Positions 16,779-25,764 of a stretch of 36,659 nt of DNA are shown here, one piece after another. The DNA comes from Candidatus Aegiribacteria sp. Its GTDB lineage: Bacteria > Fermentibacterota > Fermentibacteria > Fermentibacterales > JCC-6. How positions within the stretch are numbered: position 1 is the first letter of the stretch; the number at the start of each line of letters is the position of its first letter. A model generated the notes under the pieces. That model was not told where the DNA came from. It saw only the letters and a program-made list of their open reading frames with translations, and ran no database searches. The stretch spans positions 1 to 36,659 of the forward strand of contig JAWOBF010000147.1 in assembly GCA_046498225.1 (NCBI GenBank), given 5' to 3'. A program made the translations under genes and the position numbers.

Positions 16779-17450
16779 TCAGACGGACTGAAGCATCTCC
16801 ATGACTTCCCTGTCGGACATCTCGTGAAAATCCCTGTAGAACGAGGCAACTGCGAAGGATGGATACTCCTGGGCCAGCAGGCAGTACTTCTGGTCGAACA
16901 TCCCGTTTATCATCCTCAGTGAGGATTCCGGGGACACCGGAACGGCCATTGTAAGTGAAGCGGGTTCCCTCCGGCTGACCATCCTGCCGGCTACCAGCAT
17001 GCTGTACCCGGTGGCCAGGCCGTCGTCCACTATGAAGACATGTCTATCCCTCACCTCCGGGGGCGAGGCGGTCCCGGCGTATTTCAGCGCCCTCCTCTCT
17101 ATCTCATCCCTGACTTCAGCGGTAACCCTCTTCACGGTTTCCTCGTCTATTCCGAAGTTGGCAACGACCCTCTGGTTGAGCACCACGGTTCCGTCAATGG
17201 CCATTGCGCCGAAACCCATCTCCGGGGAGCCGGGAATCGGCAGCTTCCTCACCGTGACCGGCTGAAGGCTTCCTCCCAGGCTCTTCGTCAGCGGCTGCGC
17301 CACAGGAACCCCTCCCCTGGGAAGGGCAAGGACCACCGCTTCGGGGTCATGGCGGGGTTTCATCCAGGAAGCCAGCTGCCTTCCGGCGTCGTGCCTGTCC
17401 TGGAAAGCGGGTATCGGGCCATGTACGTGCCGGTATACGTGAATGCTCAT
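16779..17450 (-). CDS. Phosphoribosyltransferase family protein (Rv0571c/Rv2030c N-terminal type)
   Basis: FQDRHDAGRQLA, VLALPRGGVPVA, VRKL..P...E.GFGA, PRPP loop IVDDGLATG and FY.DF..MSD.EV. Confidence 0.92.
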   Translation of the reverse strand: MSIHVYRHVHGPIPAFQDRHDAGRQLASWMKPRHDPEAVVLALPRGGVPVAQPLTKSLGGSLQPVTVRKLPIPGSPEMGFGAMAIDGTVVLNQRVVANFGIDEETVKRVTAEVRDEIERRALKYAGTASPPEVRDRHVFIVDDGLATGYSMLVAGRMVSRREPASLTMAVPVSPESSLRMINGMFDQKYCLLAQEYPSFAVASFYRDFHEMSDREVMEMLQSV

Positions 17451-17488
17451 TCATCATCACCTCTCAGAATCAAAGTTCAGTTCCTGTT

Positions 17489-18214
17489 TCATTCCACCGG
17501 TGTCGACCTGGAACCCCTGAATAAACGCTCGATCCACCGGGCCAGCCTGACCAGGGCCCTCTCCATCCGCTTCCTGTACAGCAGCAAAAGGCCGCCCAGC
17601 AGAAGGGCGCCGCCCACCAGGAGAGCCCAGCCCAGTGTGGACATGTCCCTGGCCTCCGCCCCTATCCAGCTCATCATTATCATTCCCGGCAGCCTGCCTA
17701 TGGCCGCGATGAGAAGGAGCAGGGGAATGGAGAGAGGACTGAGCCCCACCGCCAGGCAGGCCAGGTCGTCGGGAACGATGGGAAGGAGGAAGGCCAGGAA
17801 GAAGAAGAGGGGGCCCCTCCTGTACGCCCACCGGTCAAGTCTATCCAGTTTTTCTCTTCCCACCAGGTGCACTACTACCGGCCTTCCCAGCCAGCGGCCT
17901 AAGGCCATGGCTATGGCGGAGCCCAGGACCAGCCCTGCCATTCCGTATACGGTTCCCATGAAAAAACCGAACAGATACCCGTTTGCCAGCCCCAGAACAT
18001 GCCCGGGAATGGGTGCCAGGACCACCTGGACGGTATTAAGGACGATGCTGACAAGGGGAGCCCAGGGTCCGAACCTTCTCAGCCAGTTCGCCACACGCTC
18101 CTTGTCGGCCAGTAACTCCACCGCCGGGCCGCCCCAGAGTACGATGGATACACTCACTAAGAGAATGAAGGCCAGCCCAAGCGCCTTCAGCAGGATACTC
18201 CTTGTATTGGGCAT
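17489..18214 (-). CDS. TVP38/TMEM64 (VTT/DedA, SNARE-associated) membrane protein
   Basis: QVVLAPIPG...NGYLFG..MG..Y...G..LGS and FLLPIVPDD...GLS...GRLPG. Confidence 0.9.
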   Translation of the reverse strand: MPNTRSILLKALGLAFILLVSVSIVLWGGPAVELLADKERVANWLRRFGPWAPLVSIVLNTVQVVLAPIPGHVLGLANGYLFGFFMGTVYGMAGLVLGSAIAMALGRWLGRPVVVHLVGREKLDRLDRWAYRRGPLFFFLAFLLPIVPDDLACLAVGLSPLSIPLLLLIAAIGRLPGMIMMSWIGAEARDMSTLGWALLVGGALLLGGLLLLYRKRMERALVRLARWIERLFRGSRSTPVE

Positions 18215-18217
18215 TAA

Positions 18218-20611
18218 CTAATCCCGCCGTTTCATCCCCTCCGCTTCGGCCACCCGCTTTCTTACCTCCACCACGCTGTCGGGATTCACGGAGATGGAAT
18301 CGATGCCGGCTTCAACCAGAAAGGCAGCGAAATCCGGATGGTCAGAGGGCGCCTGGCCGCAGATACCCACAGGCAGCCCGGCGTCGTGGGCTCTGTCTAT
18401 GAGCTGGCGGATCATGGTCTTCACCGCGTCGTCCCTCTCGTCGAACAGAGGCTGCAGGACGTCCGAATCCCTGTCTACACCCAGCACAAGCTGGGTCAGG
18501 TCGTTGGAGCCTATGGAAAAACCGTCAAACCTCTTCGCGAACTCATCCGCCAGAATGACATTGGATGGGACCTCAGCCATGACATAAACCCTGAAACCGT
18601 TCTCACCCCGCTTCAGGCCGTTCTCCGCCATTGCGTCCAGAACGCTGTCCGCCTCTCCCACGGTACGGCAGAAGGGAACCATTGCCACGATGTTGTCCAT
18701 GCCTATTCTCTCCCGGGCCCTCTTCAGGGCCGCGCACTCCAGGGCGAAGCCGTCGGAGTAGCGCTGATGGGTATAGCGGAACGCGCCACGGAAACCCAGC
18801 ATGGGGTTCGCCTCCCCGGGTTCGAACTGCGAGCCGCCTATCAGGTCGGCGTATTCGTTGGTCTTGAAATCGCTGAGCCGGACCACTACCGGCCCGGGAT
18901 AGTGCGGAGCCGCTATGGTGGCGATACCCCGGGACAGCCTGTCCACGAAATACTCCTCCCTGTCATCGTAGGCAAGGGTCAGTTCCTGTATCCTCTCCTT
19001 TACCCGGTCATCCTCGATGTCATCGAAGCGGGTGAGGGCCAGAGGATGGATCTTTATGTGGTTGTTAATGATGAACTCCATCCTGGCCAGACCTATCCCG
19101 TCCACCGGGAGGTTCCACCACCGGAAGGCCGCGTCGGGGCTGGCCATTATCATCATGATATCCGTTTCCGTGTCCGGCAGGTCCTCCTGGTCAATCTCGG
19201 TCTCGCTGAATTCCAGTATTCCCGAGTAGACTTTTCCGGTGGTCCCCCCGGCGCAGGAAACAGTTATTTCGTCGCCGTCTGAGAGCTTCTCCGTAGCTTC
19301 GCCGGTGCCCACCACCGCGGGCACTCCAAGTTCACGCGAGACTATGGCCGCGTGGGAAGTCCTTCCTCCATGGTCGGTTACTATGGCAGAGGCGCGCTTC
19401 ATCAGCGGCACCCAGTCCGGGTCGGTCATGTCCGTCACCAGGACGCCATCATCCTCGAACCTGTCCGATTCCTCCATGTTCTTCATAACGAATGTCCGTC
19501 CGGCGCCTATGGAGGCACCTATGGCCAGGCCCTCCACCAGTACGTTCCCCTCCTCCTCCAGGGAATAGTTGCTTATTCTGGCCGCTTTTCTGCCGGACTG
19601 GACCGTCTCCGGCCTTGCCTGGACCACGTACAATTCTCCGCTGTCCGCATCGGTAGCCCACTCGATGTCCATGGGCCTGCCGTAATGCTCCTCGATGACC
19701 ACTCCCCATCGGGCCAGCTGAAGTATCTCCCCCTCGTCCAGAACGAAGTTACTCCGTTCCTCCTTACTGGTCTCGATCTTTTTTGTGGGATTCTCGGGGT
19801 CATCGGTGAGTATCTCCTTGATCTTCGCTCCCCCCGGCCTCTTCATTATCACCGGACTCAGACCGTCGCGCTCCAGGTGCGGCTTGAACACCCTGTACTC
19901 GTCGGGCTGGACCTCGCCGCTGACCACAGTGTCAGGTATTCCCCAGGCGGCGTTTATCAGAACCACGTCGGGAAACCCGGTTTCGGTGTCCAGGGTGAAC
20001 ATCACCCCTCCACCCTTCTCGTTGGCGCCTATCATCTTGTGAATGCCTACCGACAGCGCTACGTCCATGTGGTCGAAACCGGCGTTCTCCCTGTAACTTA
20101 TGGCCCTGTCCGTGAAGAGTGAGGCGTAGCAGTCCCTGGCCCGGAGCAGGAGATTCTCCTCACCGGTGACGTTCAGGAAGGAATCCTGCTGTCCGGCGAA
20201 ACTGGCTTCCGGAAGGTCCTCGGCGGTGGCGCTGGAGCGCACCGCAACGTCCACTTCCTCACTCTCCATGGACCGAGAAAGCTCCCGGTAGGCTTTTCTT
20301 ATCTCGCTCTCCATTTCTTCGGGGAATTCGCCGTTCCGCATCATCTCCCGGACCCGTTCACCCACCTCACTGAGATTTTCGTCATCCTGCCGGAGCTTCT
20401 CCAGTTCTTCGCTGATCTTCTCCGTAAGCCGGTTATGCTCGAGGAACCGGCGGTAAGCCTTCGAAGTGGTGGCGAATCCCCGGGGTACGTTGATACCCTT
20501 TTCTCCCAGCTCCCTTATCATCTCTCCCAGAGAGGCGTTCTTTCCCCCTACGGAATCGACGTCATCGCCGGCTATGTTCGAGAACCACTTTACATATTCG
20601 CTGTCATGCAT
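18218..20611 (-). CDS. ppsA: Phosphoenolpyruvate synthase
   Basis: VGGKNASLGEM, AVRSSATAEDLPEASFAGQQ, QARPETV, phospho-His GGRTSHAAIVSRE, DFKTNEY, SIGSNDLTQ and GICGQAPSD. Confidence 0.98.
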   Translation of the reverse strand: MHDSEYVKWFSNIAGDDVDSVGGKNASLGEMIRELGEKGINVPRGFATTSKAYRRFLEHNRLTEKISEELEKLRQDDENLSEVGERVREMMRNGEFPEEMESEIRKAYRELSRSMESEEVDVAVRSSATAEDLPEASFAGQQDSFLNVTGEENLLLRARDCYASLFTDRAISYRENAGFDHMDVALSVGIHKMIGANEKGGGVMFTLDTETGFPDVVLINAAWGIPDTVVSGEVQPDEYRVFKPHLERDGLSPVIMKRPGGAKIKEILTDDPENPTKKIETSKEERSNFVLDEGEILQLARWGVVIEEHYGRPMDIEWATDADSGELYVVQARPETVQSGRKAARISNYSLEEEGNVLVEGLAIGASIGAGRTFVMKNMEESDRFEDDGVLVTDMTDPDWVPLMKRASAIVTDHGGRTSHAAIVSRELGVPAVVGTGEATEKLSDGDEITVSCAGGTTGKVYSGILEFSETEIDQEDLPDTETDIMMIMASPDAAFRWWNLPVDGIGLARMEFIINNHIKIHPLALTRFDDIEDDRVKERIQELTLAYDDREEYFVDRLSRGIATIAAPHYPGPVVVRLSDFKTNEYADLIGGSQFEPGEANPMLGFRGAFRYTHQRYSDGFALECAALKRARERIGMDNIVAMVPFCRTVGEADSVLDAMAENGLKRGENGFRVYVMAEVPSNVILADEFAKRFDGFSIGSNDLTQLVLGVDRDSDVLQPLFDERDDAVKTMIRQLIDRAHDAGLPVGICGQAPSDHPDFAAFLVEAGIDSISVNPDSVVEVRKRVAEAEGMKRRD

Positions 20612-20661
20612 GTCATTATCCCTGTTTCCTTTCAGCGCCCTCCTTTTTTCATGCTTGTCAA

Positions 20662-20694
20662 GCCTGCCGGCAGCCGGTCCGGCTACCGGCAGGC
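20662..20694 (-). terminator. Long GC hairpin upstream of ppsA (terminator/attenuator or mRNA stabiliser)
   Basis: GCCTGCCGG-C-AGCCGG-T-CCGGCT-A-CCGGCAGGC, immediately after the stop of 20705-21109. The U-tail is weak. Confidence 0.5.
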
Positions 20695-20704
20695 GGGTTG
20701 GATA

Positions 20705-21109
20705 TCAGCTGGCCAGGCTTGCAACGATAACGACCAGAAAGGCTATCAGAAGTACCCAGAAGAAGCAGCCGAACACCGCTGTGGTCTCAACCGCAGTCTC
20801 CGCCTCCAGGTCTACCTTGCGCGGGCCGCGCCTTCTCCAGTCCGGACTGGCGACGGCGAGTATCACCATTGCGATGAACAATCCCACCAGCAGTATGCCC
20901 AGCCACGCGGAGCCGTAGTAGACCGGGCCCCATTCCGGCAGCCAGATGGCAGCGGCCCACATGGCCAGAAGAAGCACCACGAAAAGGAACAGCAGGGACG
21001 CGGTGGCGGTGCTGGAATCAGCCGGATGTCTCCAGCCCAGGCCCCATCCTATGATCGCGCTCAGTATCAGCGCGAAGAGTATGACTACGATAATATCAGC
21101 AAGTAACAT
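20705..21109 (-). CDS. Hypothetical 4-TM membrane protein
   Basis: GGAGGT RBS, four hydrophobic segments and W...W...GP...G..W pattern. Confidence 0.85.
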   Translation of the reverse strand: MLLADIIVVILFALILSAIIGWGLGWRHPADSSTATASLLFLFVVLLLAMWAAAIWLPEWGPVYYGSAWLGILLVGLFIAMVILAVASPDWRRRGPRKVDLEAETAVETTAVFGCFFWVLLIAFLVVIVASLAS

Positions 21110-21175
21110 CTTTTACCTCCCTGCAGGTCTTTCAGACCGTGTTGCGAAATCCTCCGTTCGGATTTCCTGTTCATC

Positions 21176-22702
21176 TCAGTAACCGGCTCCGTAGGCTACG
21201 ATAAGCCGGTCCTTCACAGCACTTGCTCCACCCCTGAGGGCGTTCTGCACCACCTCTTCTCTCTGGCTCCATGTATCCACCGTACCGGTGAGGGTGGCCA
21301 CACCTCCGTTGACTTCCACCGAAATGTCACCACCGTCGATGAACGGGCTCCAGAAAAGCCGCTCCTCGATCCTCTGCTCTATCTGGGTGTCGGTGAGATC
21401 GGGTTCGGCATTGACAGTGGAGGGATCGTACCAGCTGAAGTCGTAAAGGTACCAGTCGCGGGCGTAGGGCTGCTGTACGATTACATCCGGTGCATCGGCG
21501 GTCAGCCTGTTTACTACTTCGGTAACTCCGGGCTGACGGGAAGCTATATCGTCCGCCCTGGCTTTTTCGTAGTGTGTATCGACACTGCCGTCCAGATAGA
21601 CCAGTCCGTCCTCAACGGTAATGTCTATCTGGAACTTCTCCACATACGGATCCTGGGCCAAGGCGTATGCCAGGTCATCCCTTATCTCTCTGTCAGGGCG
21701 GATTTCGGGCCGTACCCGGATCAGGTTCTCCACTTCCCGGACCCCGGTCACGTTACGGGCGTTCAATGCGGCGGTCCTTCTTGTCCTCAGGTCTTGCACC
21801 GTGCCTTCCAGGGTCACCATCCCGTCCTCCGCCTTTATGTCGATGAGCAGGGCGTTCACTCTTGGGTCGTACAGATAGGAAGCGAAAACCGCGTCCTCTA
21901 TCTCGCTGTCCGGGAGTTCAGTGTACCTCTCCTCCCTGCGGTGATCCGTCCGGTAATCGGGATCCACCTCCAGATCGAAGTTGTCCACCGTCTCGACTCC
22001 CGTAACCCAGGCTAACCTCGTCGCCTCGTTCTTCTCCGCCAGGCTGCCCACCGTACCGGATAGAGTTACATTTCCGTCATCAATCGAGACATCTATGAGA
22101 TATTCGTCCAGCCAGGCGTTCCAATACATGGAGCGTTCTATCTCCCGCACTATTTCGCTGTCGGGTCGATCGGCAACGGGACTTACGGTGATTCCATTGT
22201 TTATGTCAGTAACACCGCGCACGCCGGCGGCCGCTTTCTCCGCCAGCCGTCTTTCCTGGTAGGACTGAACCGAGCCTTCCAGAGTAACGGTTCCGTCCTC
22301 CGCAGTTACCGATATTTCAAGGTCTTCCAGAGCCGGGTCCCATATGATGGCCCGGCGTACGTTCATTCCAAGGGTATCATCAGCTATCTCCGGAGCATCG
22401 ACCGTAATCCTGTTGATTATTCCCCTGACTCCCCGGACGGTGCCAGCCAGAGTTTCAGCCCGTCTTTTTTCCAGGATACTGGTAACCGAACCTTCAATAG
22501 TCACTATGCCTGTATTGGTTCTGACTTCGATCATGTCTGCGTACACCGCCGGGTCCAGTACCAGTTCGGTAGTGACAGCCTCCGTGACCTCCCGGTCCGT
22601 CATGCTTTCTTCGGCATAAGCGTAACCTGCTGCCAGGAGAAGCATCAGTATCATTGCCGCGGTTGCGACGGATTCTCTTCGCATCTGCAGTGCTTTTATC
22701 AT
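21176..22702 (-). CDS. Secreted protein with six BON domains (OsmY-like)
   Basis: Signal peptide ending AYA-EE. Six repeats of D.EI...V...L......I.V....G.VTL.G.V........A...A..V.GV..V.N. Confidence 0.93.
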   Translation of the reverse strand: MIKALQMRRESVATAAMILMLLLAAGYAYAEESMTDREVTEAVTTELVLDPAVYADMIEVRTNTGIVTIEGSVTSILEKRRAETLAGTVRGVRGIINRITVDAPEIADDTLGMNVRRAIIWDPALEDLEISVTAEDGTVTLEGSVQSYQERRLAEKAAAGVRGVTDINNGITVSPVADRPDSEIVREIERSMYWNAWLDEYLIDVSIDDGNVTLSGTVGSLAEKNEATRLAWVTGVETVDNFDLEVDPDYRTDHRREERYTELPDSEIEDAVFASYLYDPRVNALLIDIKAEDGMVTLEGTVQDLRTRRTAALNARNVTGVREVENLIRVRPEIRPDREIRDDLAYALAQDPYVEKFQIDITVEDGLVYLDGSVDTHYEKARADDIASRQPGVTEVVNRLTADAPDVIVQQPYARDWYLYDFSWYDPSTVNAEPDLTDTQIEQRIEERLFWSPFIDGGDISVEVNGGVATLTGTVDTWSQREEVVQNALRGGASAVKDRLIVAYGAGY

Positions 22703-22760
22703 TCTCTCCCTCCTGTTCCGGTTAGCTTTCGAGGGCGGTCATTCTCCATGTTTCCATCGT

Positions 22761-23750
22761 TCACAAGGCTTTGAGAGCGGACCGCACCATCTGCTTCGTA
22801 TATCCCCACTCGTTGTCGTACCAGCTCATTATCTTGATAAGGTCCTCATCTATGACCTGGGTCATTGAAAGGTCCACCAGGGATGCGTGCGAGTTTCCGA
22901 TGATGTCCGATGACACCAGCGGCTTCTCCGTAACTCCCAGTATTCCCCGGTAGCGGTCGGTGTCCGCTTCCTCCTTCAGTATGCGGTTTACTTCGTCCAG
23001 CATGGTACTGCGCCGGGAAACGATGGTGATATCCGCCATGGAGCCGCATACAACAGGGGCTCTGACCGCGCAGCCGTCGAACTTTCCCCGGAATTCCGGA
23101 AGGACTTCCGTAGTCGCCAGAGCCGCTCCGGTGGTTGTGGGGACAAGGTTCATCGCAGCGGCCCTCCCCCTTCTGACCTTGGAGGCCGGACCGTCCACCA
23201 GGGCCTGAGAGGAGGTGTATGCGTGTATCGTTGTCATAACGGCCTTGCTGATGCCAATCCTCCTGCCGATAACCTCAACCACGGGAGCTATGCAGTTTGT
23301 AGTGCAGCTGGCGCAGGAGAAGATATCGGGAGCCCGGTCCGGGAAGCTTACCCCGGGTATTAGGCTCTCGGTCTCGTCATCCTTCGGCGGCGCCGAGAGT
23401 ATCACTCTCTTCGCGCCCGCCTTCAGGTGCTTCTCCAGCTCCTTCTTCTTTCTGAAAACACCTGTACACTCGAATACGGTGTGTACTTCCATCTCCTCCC
23501 AGGGCAAGTCTTCCGGGTCTTTCGACTGCAGGTACCTGTACATCTTACCGTCTATCTCCAGGCCCTCTTCACTGTGACTGACCTCATGGTGATAGTTCCC
23601 GTAGGCTGAATCATGCTCCAGAAGGTATGCCGCGTTGGAGGGTTCCATCAGGTCGTTAACCGCGACCAGGGTGAGTTCAGGTTCATCAATAACCATTTTC
23701 ATGGCGGCCCTGCCTATCCTTCCAAGGCCATTTATCGCAACTTTCGCCAT
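22761..23750 (-). CDS. gap: Type I glyceraldehyde-3-phosphate dehydrogenase
   Basis: INGLGRIGR, ECTG, ASCTTNC, TIHAYT, PTTTGAA and WYDNEWGY. Confidence 0.95.
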   Translation of the reverse strand: MAKVAINGLGRIGRAAMKMVIDEPELTLVAVNDLMEPSNAAYLLEHDSAYGNYHHEVSHSEEGLEIDGKMYRYLQSKDPEDLPWEEMEVHTVFECTGVFRKKKELEKHLKAGAKRVILSAPPKDDETESLIPGVSFPDRAPDIFSCASCTTNCIAPVVEVIGRRIGISKAVMTTIHAYTSSQALVDGPASKVRRGRAAAMNLVPTTTGAALATTEVLPEFRGKFDGCAVRAPVVCGSMADITIVSRRSTMLDEVNRILKEEADTDRYRGILGVTEKPLVSSDIIGNSHASLVDLSMTQVIDEDLIKIMSWYDNEWGYTKQMVRSALKAL

Positions 23751-23880
23751 TATTTTATTCTTCCTTTCAGTTCCGACCGGCCACTCCTACGACTGCAGCG
23801 GGAATCGGTTCTTCGAAGCCTCGCGCGGTTGCCGGACGGGCGGACGAAACAATAGTGAGTCGGGGTGCGGTCGAGCTGAA

Positions 23881-23902
23881 CCCGGCCCCGCGAAGGGCCG
23901 GG
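23881..23902 (-). terminator. Hairpin downstream of dodecin
   Basis: CCCGGCCC-CGCGAA-GGGCCGGG, 14 nt after the dodecin stop. The U-tail is weak. Confidence 0.45.
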
Positions 23903-23916
23903 CCGGACGGGTCTTC

Positions 23917-24120
23917 CTATTCCTCCAGGACGAACGTTACTTTCATGTCCACCCTGAAACGGGATATCTGGTTGTTCTCAACATCGATGTTGAATTCCTT
24001 CACCCAGGCTCCCTTGATGTTCTTCAGAGTTTTGGCGGCTCTTTTCAGACCCTTTCGTATGGCGTCCTCGAAGCTCTCCGAGGATGTCGAACTAATTTCC
24101 GCTACCTTTGCTACAGACAT
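23917..24120 (-). CDS. Dodecin family (flavin-binding) protein
   Basis: SVAKV.EI.S.S.ESFEDAI..G..RA.KTL.NI.GAWVKE...F.V.MKVTF.LE with AAGGAG RBS. Confidence 0.93.
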   Translation of the reverse strand: MSVAKVAEISSTSSESFEDAIRKGLKRAAKTLKNIKGAWVKEFNIDVENNQISRFRVDMKVTFVLEE

Positions 24121-24191
24121 GATCTCCTTTCCATTGGATTAATGTTTCTGTTTACCTGCTTCGGCGACTTTCAGCGCAAAAACAATCAATT

Positions 24192-24275
24192 ACTATATCA
24201 GATACAGAGTAGACTGGTGTCTGTCAAGGGGGGGGTGCCAAATAATTGACAGAATTGCGACGCGATTTTCATATT
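24192..24275. promoter_or_regulatory. Divergent promoter region with back-to-back TTGACA elements
   Basis: TCTGTCAA (24220-24227), N18, TTGACAGA (24246-24253). Plus: TTGACA-N18-CATATT. Minus: extended -10-like TGATATAGT (24200-24192). Confidence 0.55.
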
Positions 24276-24479
24276 GCATCGATCATGGAGCGGGAGGGCC
24301 CGGAAGTCAGGCTTGATACGGGCATGTCCGCGGCCGAGTCAGCCGGAGTAATGACAGCCTGCGGAAGTTTCCGAAGGTCCGGTATCTTGACACCGGCGGT
24401 GGACCTGATAAGTTGTTGAGAAAGGTGAAGCCATTCCAGGGTCAAGACTTGTCAGTCTGCCTGTACAGAAGGGAAGACC

Positions 24480-24677
24480 ATGAAAACAACCGTTCTCAAG
24501 ATAATCAACCCACTGATGCTCCTGCTGCTGCTTTTCCAGTTCGTGACCGCGGTTTTCAGGGGGGACATTCCGCTGTTCTTCCACGACTGGCACCCTGTTG
24601 GAGGCTACATCCTCGTGGGTCTCGGTCTCCTCCACCTCGGACTTAACTGGAGGTGGGTAAAAGGCATGTACGGTTAG
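24480..24677 (+). CDS. 65-aa 2-TM protein, DUF4405/cytochrome b fragment-like
   Basis: WH...G.........HL.LNWRWVK pattern with two His flanking a TM helix. Confidence 0.75.
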   Translation: MKTTVLKIINPLMLLLLLFQFVTAVFRGDIPLFFHDWHPVGGYILVGLGLLHLGLNWRWVKGMYG

Positions 24678-24746
24678 TTCATGCGAAGCGCCCCGCCCGG
24701 GGCTGAAACGGTTCATCTGATGATCACTGCAGGAAAGGAGATACAG

Positions 24747-24938
24747 ATGGCGATCAAAAAGGTATGGATAGAGGACGGATGCACGGTATGCGGCCTGTGC
24801 GCCGATGAATGCCCCGCCGTATTCAAGATGGAGGACACAACCGCAGCGGTCCGGGAGGAGGCTGCCCTGGATGTGAACGAGGAATGCATTGAGTCCGCCG
24901 CGGAGAAGTGCCCGGTGGATGTGATAAAGTACGAATAG
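24747..24938 (+). CDS. Monocluster [4Fe-4S] ferredoxin
   Basis: AAGGAG RBS before ATG 24747. CTVCGLC...CP..F and distal CPVDVI. Confidence 0.93.
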   Translation: MAIKKVWIEDGCTVCGLCADECPAVFKMEDTTAAVREEAALDVNEECIESAAEKCPVDVIKYE

Positions 24939-24989
24939 GAGGAAGGGGCCCGGCCGCCCGGTGGCCGCGGCGGCACGGGCCGCACCGGA

Positions 24990-25439
24990 CTATTTCGGGG
25001 CGTAGGTTCCGAAAAGCTCCGCCTTCTCCAGCACATGTCCTTCGATCGCCTTCTCCAGGTCATCCTTGGTGGCCGACCCGGGAAGGTCCAGCTTCCGGTC
25101 CAGCGCGAAGAGCCTGAACCTGTAACGGTGGACCCCGTCCGGAGGGTTGGGCCCTCCGTAACTCTGCTCACCGTAATCCGTGGTGCCCTCCACCGCCCCG
25201 GAAGGAAGGGAATCCTCTTCGATTGATTCCGTATCCGGGTCCATGTTCCACACAACCCAGTGGTCCCATACCTTTCCCGCTGGTTTCACCGCGTCCGGGT
25301 CGTCCATGACCAGGGCAAGGGATTCCGCCCCGCCGGGAACCCCACTTATCGAAAGGGGCGGGTTTACGTTCCGGTCTTTGTAGCTGTACTTCTTCGGTAT
25401 TGCCTCTCCTTCGTGGAATGCCGGGCTGTTGAGTATCAT
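24990..25439 (-). CDS. YbhB/YbcL family Raf kinase inhibitor-like (PEBP) protein
   Basis: SPAF..G..IP.KY, NPPL, DDPDA, W.HWV.WN, YGGP.PP.G.HRY.F.L.ALD. Confidence 0.95.
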   Translation of the reverse strand: MILNSPAFHEGEAIPKKYSYKDRNVNPPLSISGVPGGAESLALVMDDPDAVKPAGKVWDHWVVWNMDPDTESIEEDSLPSGAVEGTTDYGEQSYGGPNPPDGVHRYRFRLFALDRKLDLPGSATKDDLEKAIEGHVLEKAELFGTYAPK

Positions 25440-25527
25440 GATTCTCCTTTCCTGATCAGATGTTCATTGATCCATTCACAAAATTGAATGTCAGCCGTCC
25501 ATGTCAAGTACACGGTTCTTTCATGGC

Positions 25528-25728
25528 TCATTCTTCCTCTTCAACGGAAATGGCATTCTGCGGGCAGGCCTTCACGGCCTTCATAACATCCGCCCTGTAC
25601 ACCTCGGGTACCGGGTCCATCTTTACCACGGCCCGCTTGTGGCCGCTATGGAACTCGAAGACCCGGGAACATATCATTACGCATCTGCCTGTGCTGTCGC
25701 ATTTGGTGATGTCTACCTCTACATGCAT
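25528..25728 (-). CDS. Ferredoxin, probably [3Fe-4S] type
   Basis: AAGGAG RBS before ATG 25728. CDSTGRC (second Cys replaced by Thr) and distal CPQNAI. Confidence 0.88.
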   Translation of the reverse strand: MHVEVDITKCDSTGRCVMICSRVFEFHSGHKRAVVKMDPVPEVYRADVMKAVKACPQNAISVEEEE

Positions 25729-25764
25729 CTCGACTCCTTTCATTCTGCTGCCGGCCGGACCGGT

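Noticed and set aside
24942..24989. GC-rich stretch between the ferredoxin and ybhB as a novel repeat
   Set aside because: It is an imperfect hairpin between convergent genes, most simply a bidirectional terminator, and does not match the 87-bp module.
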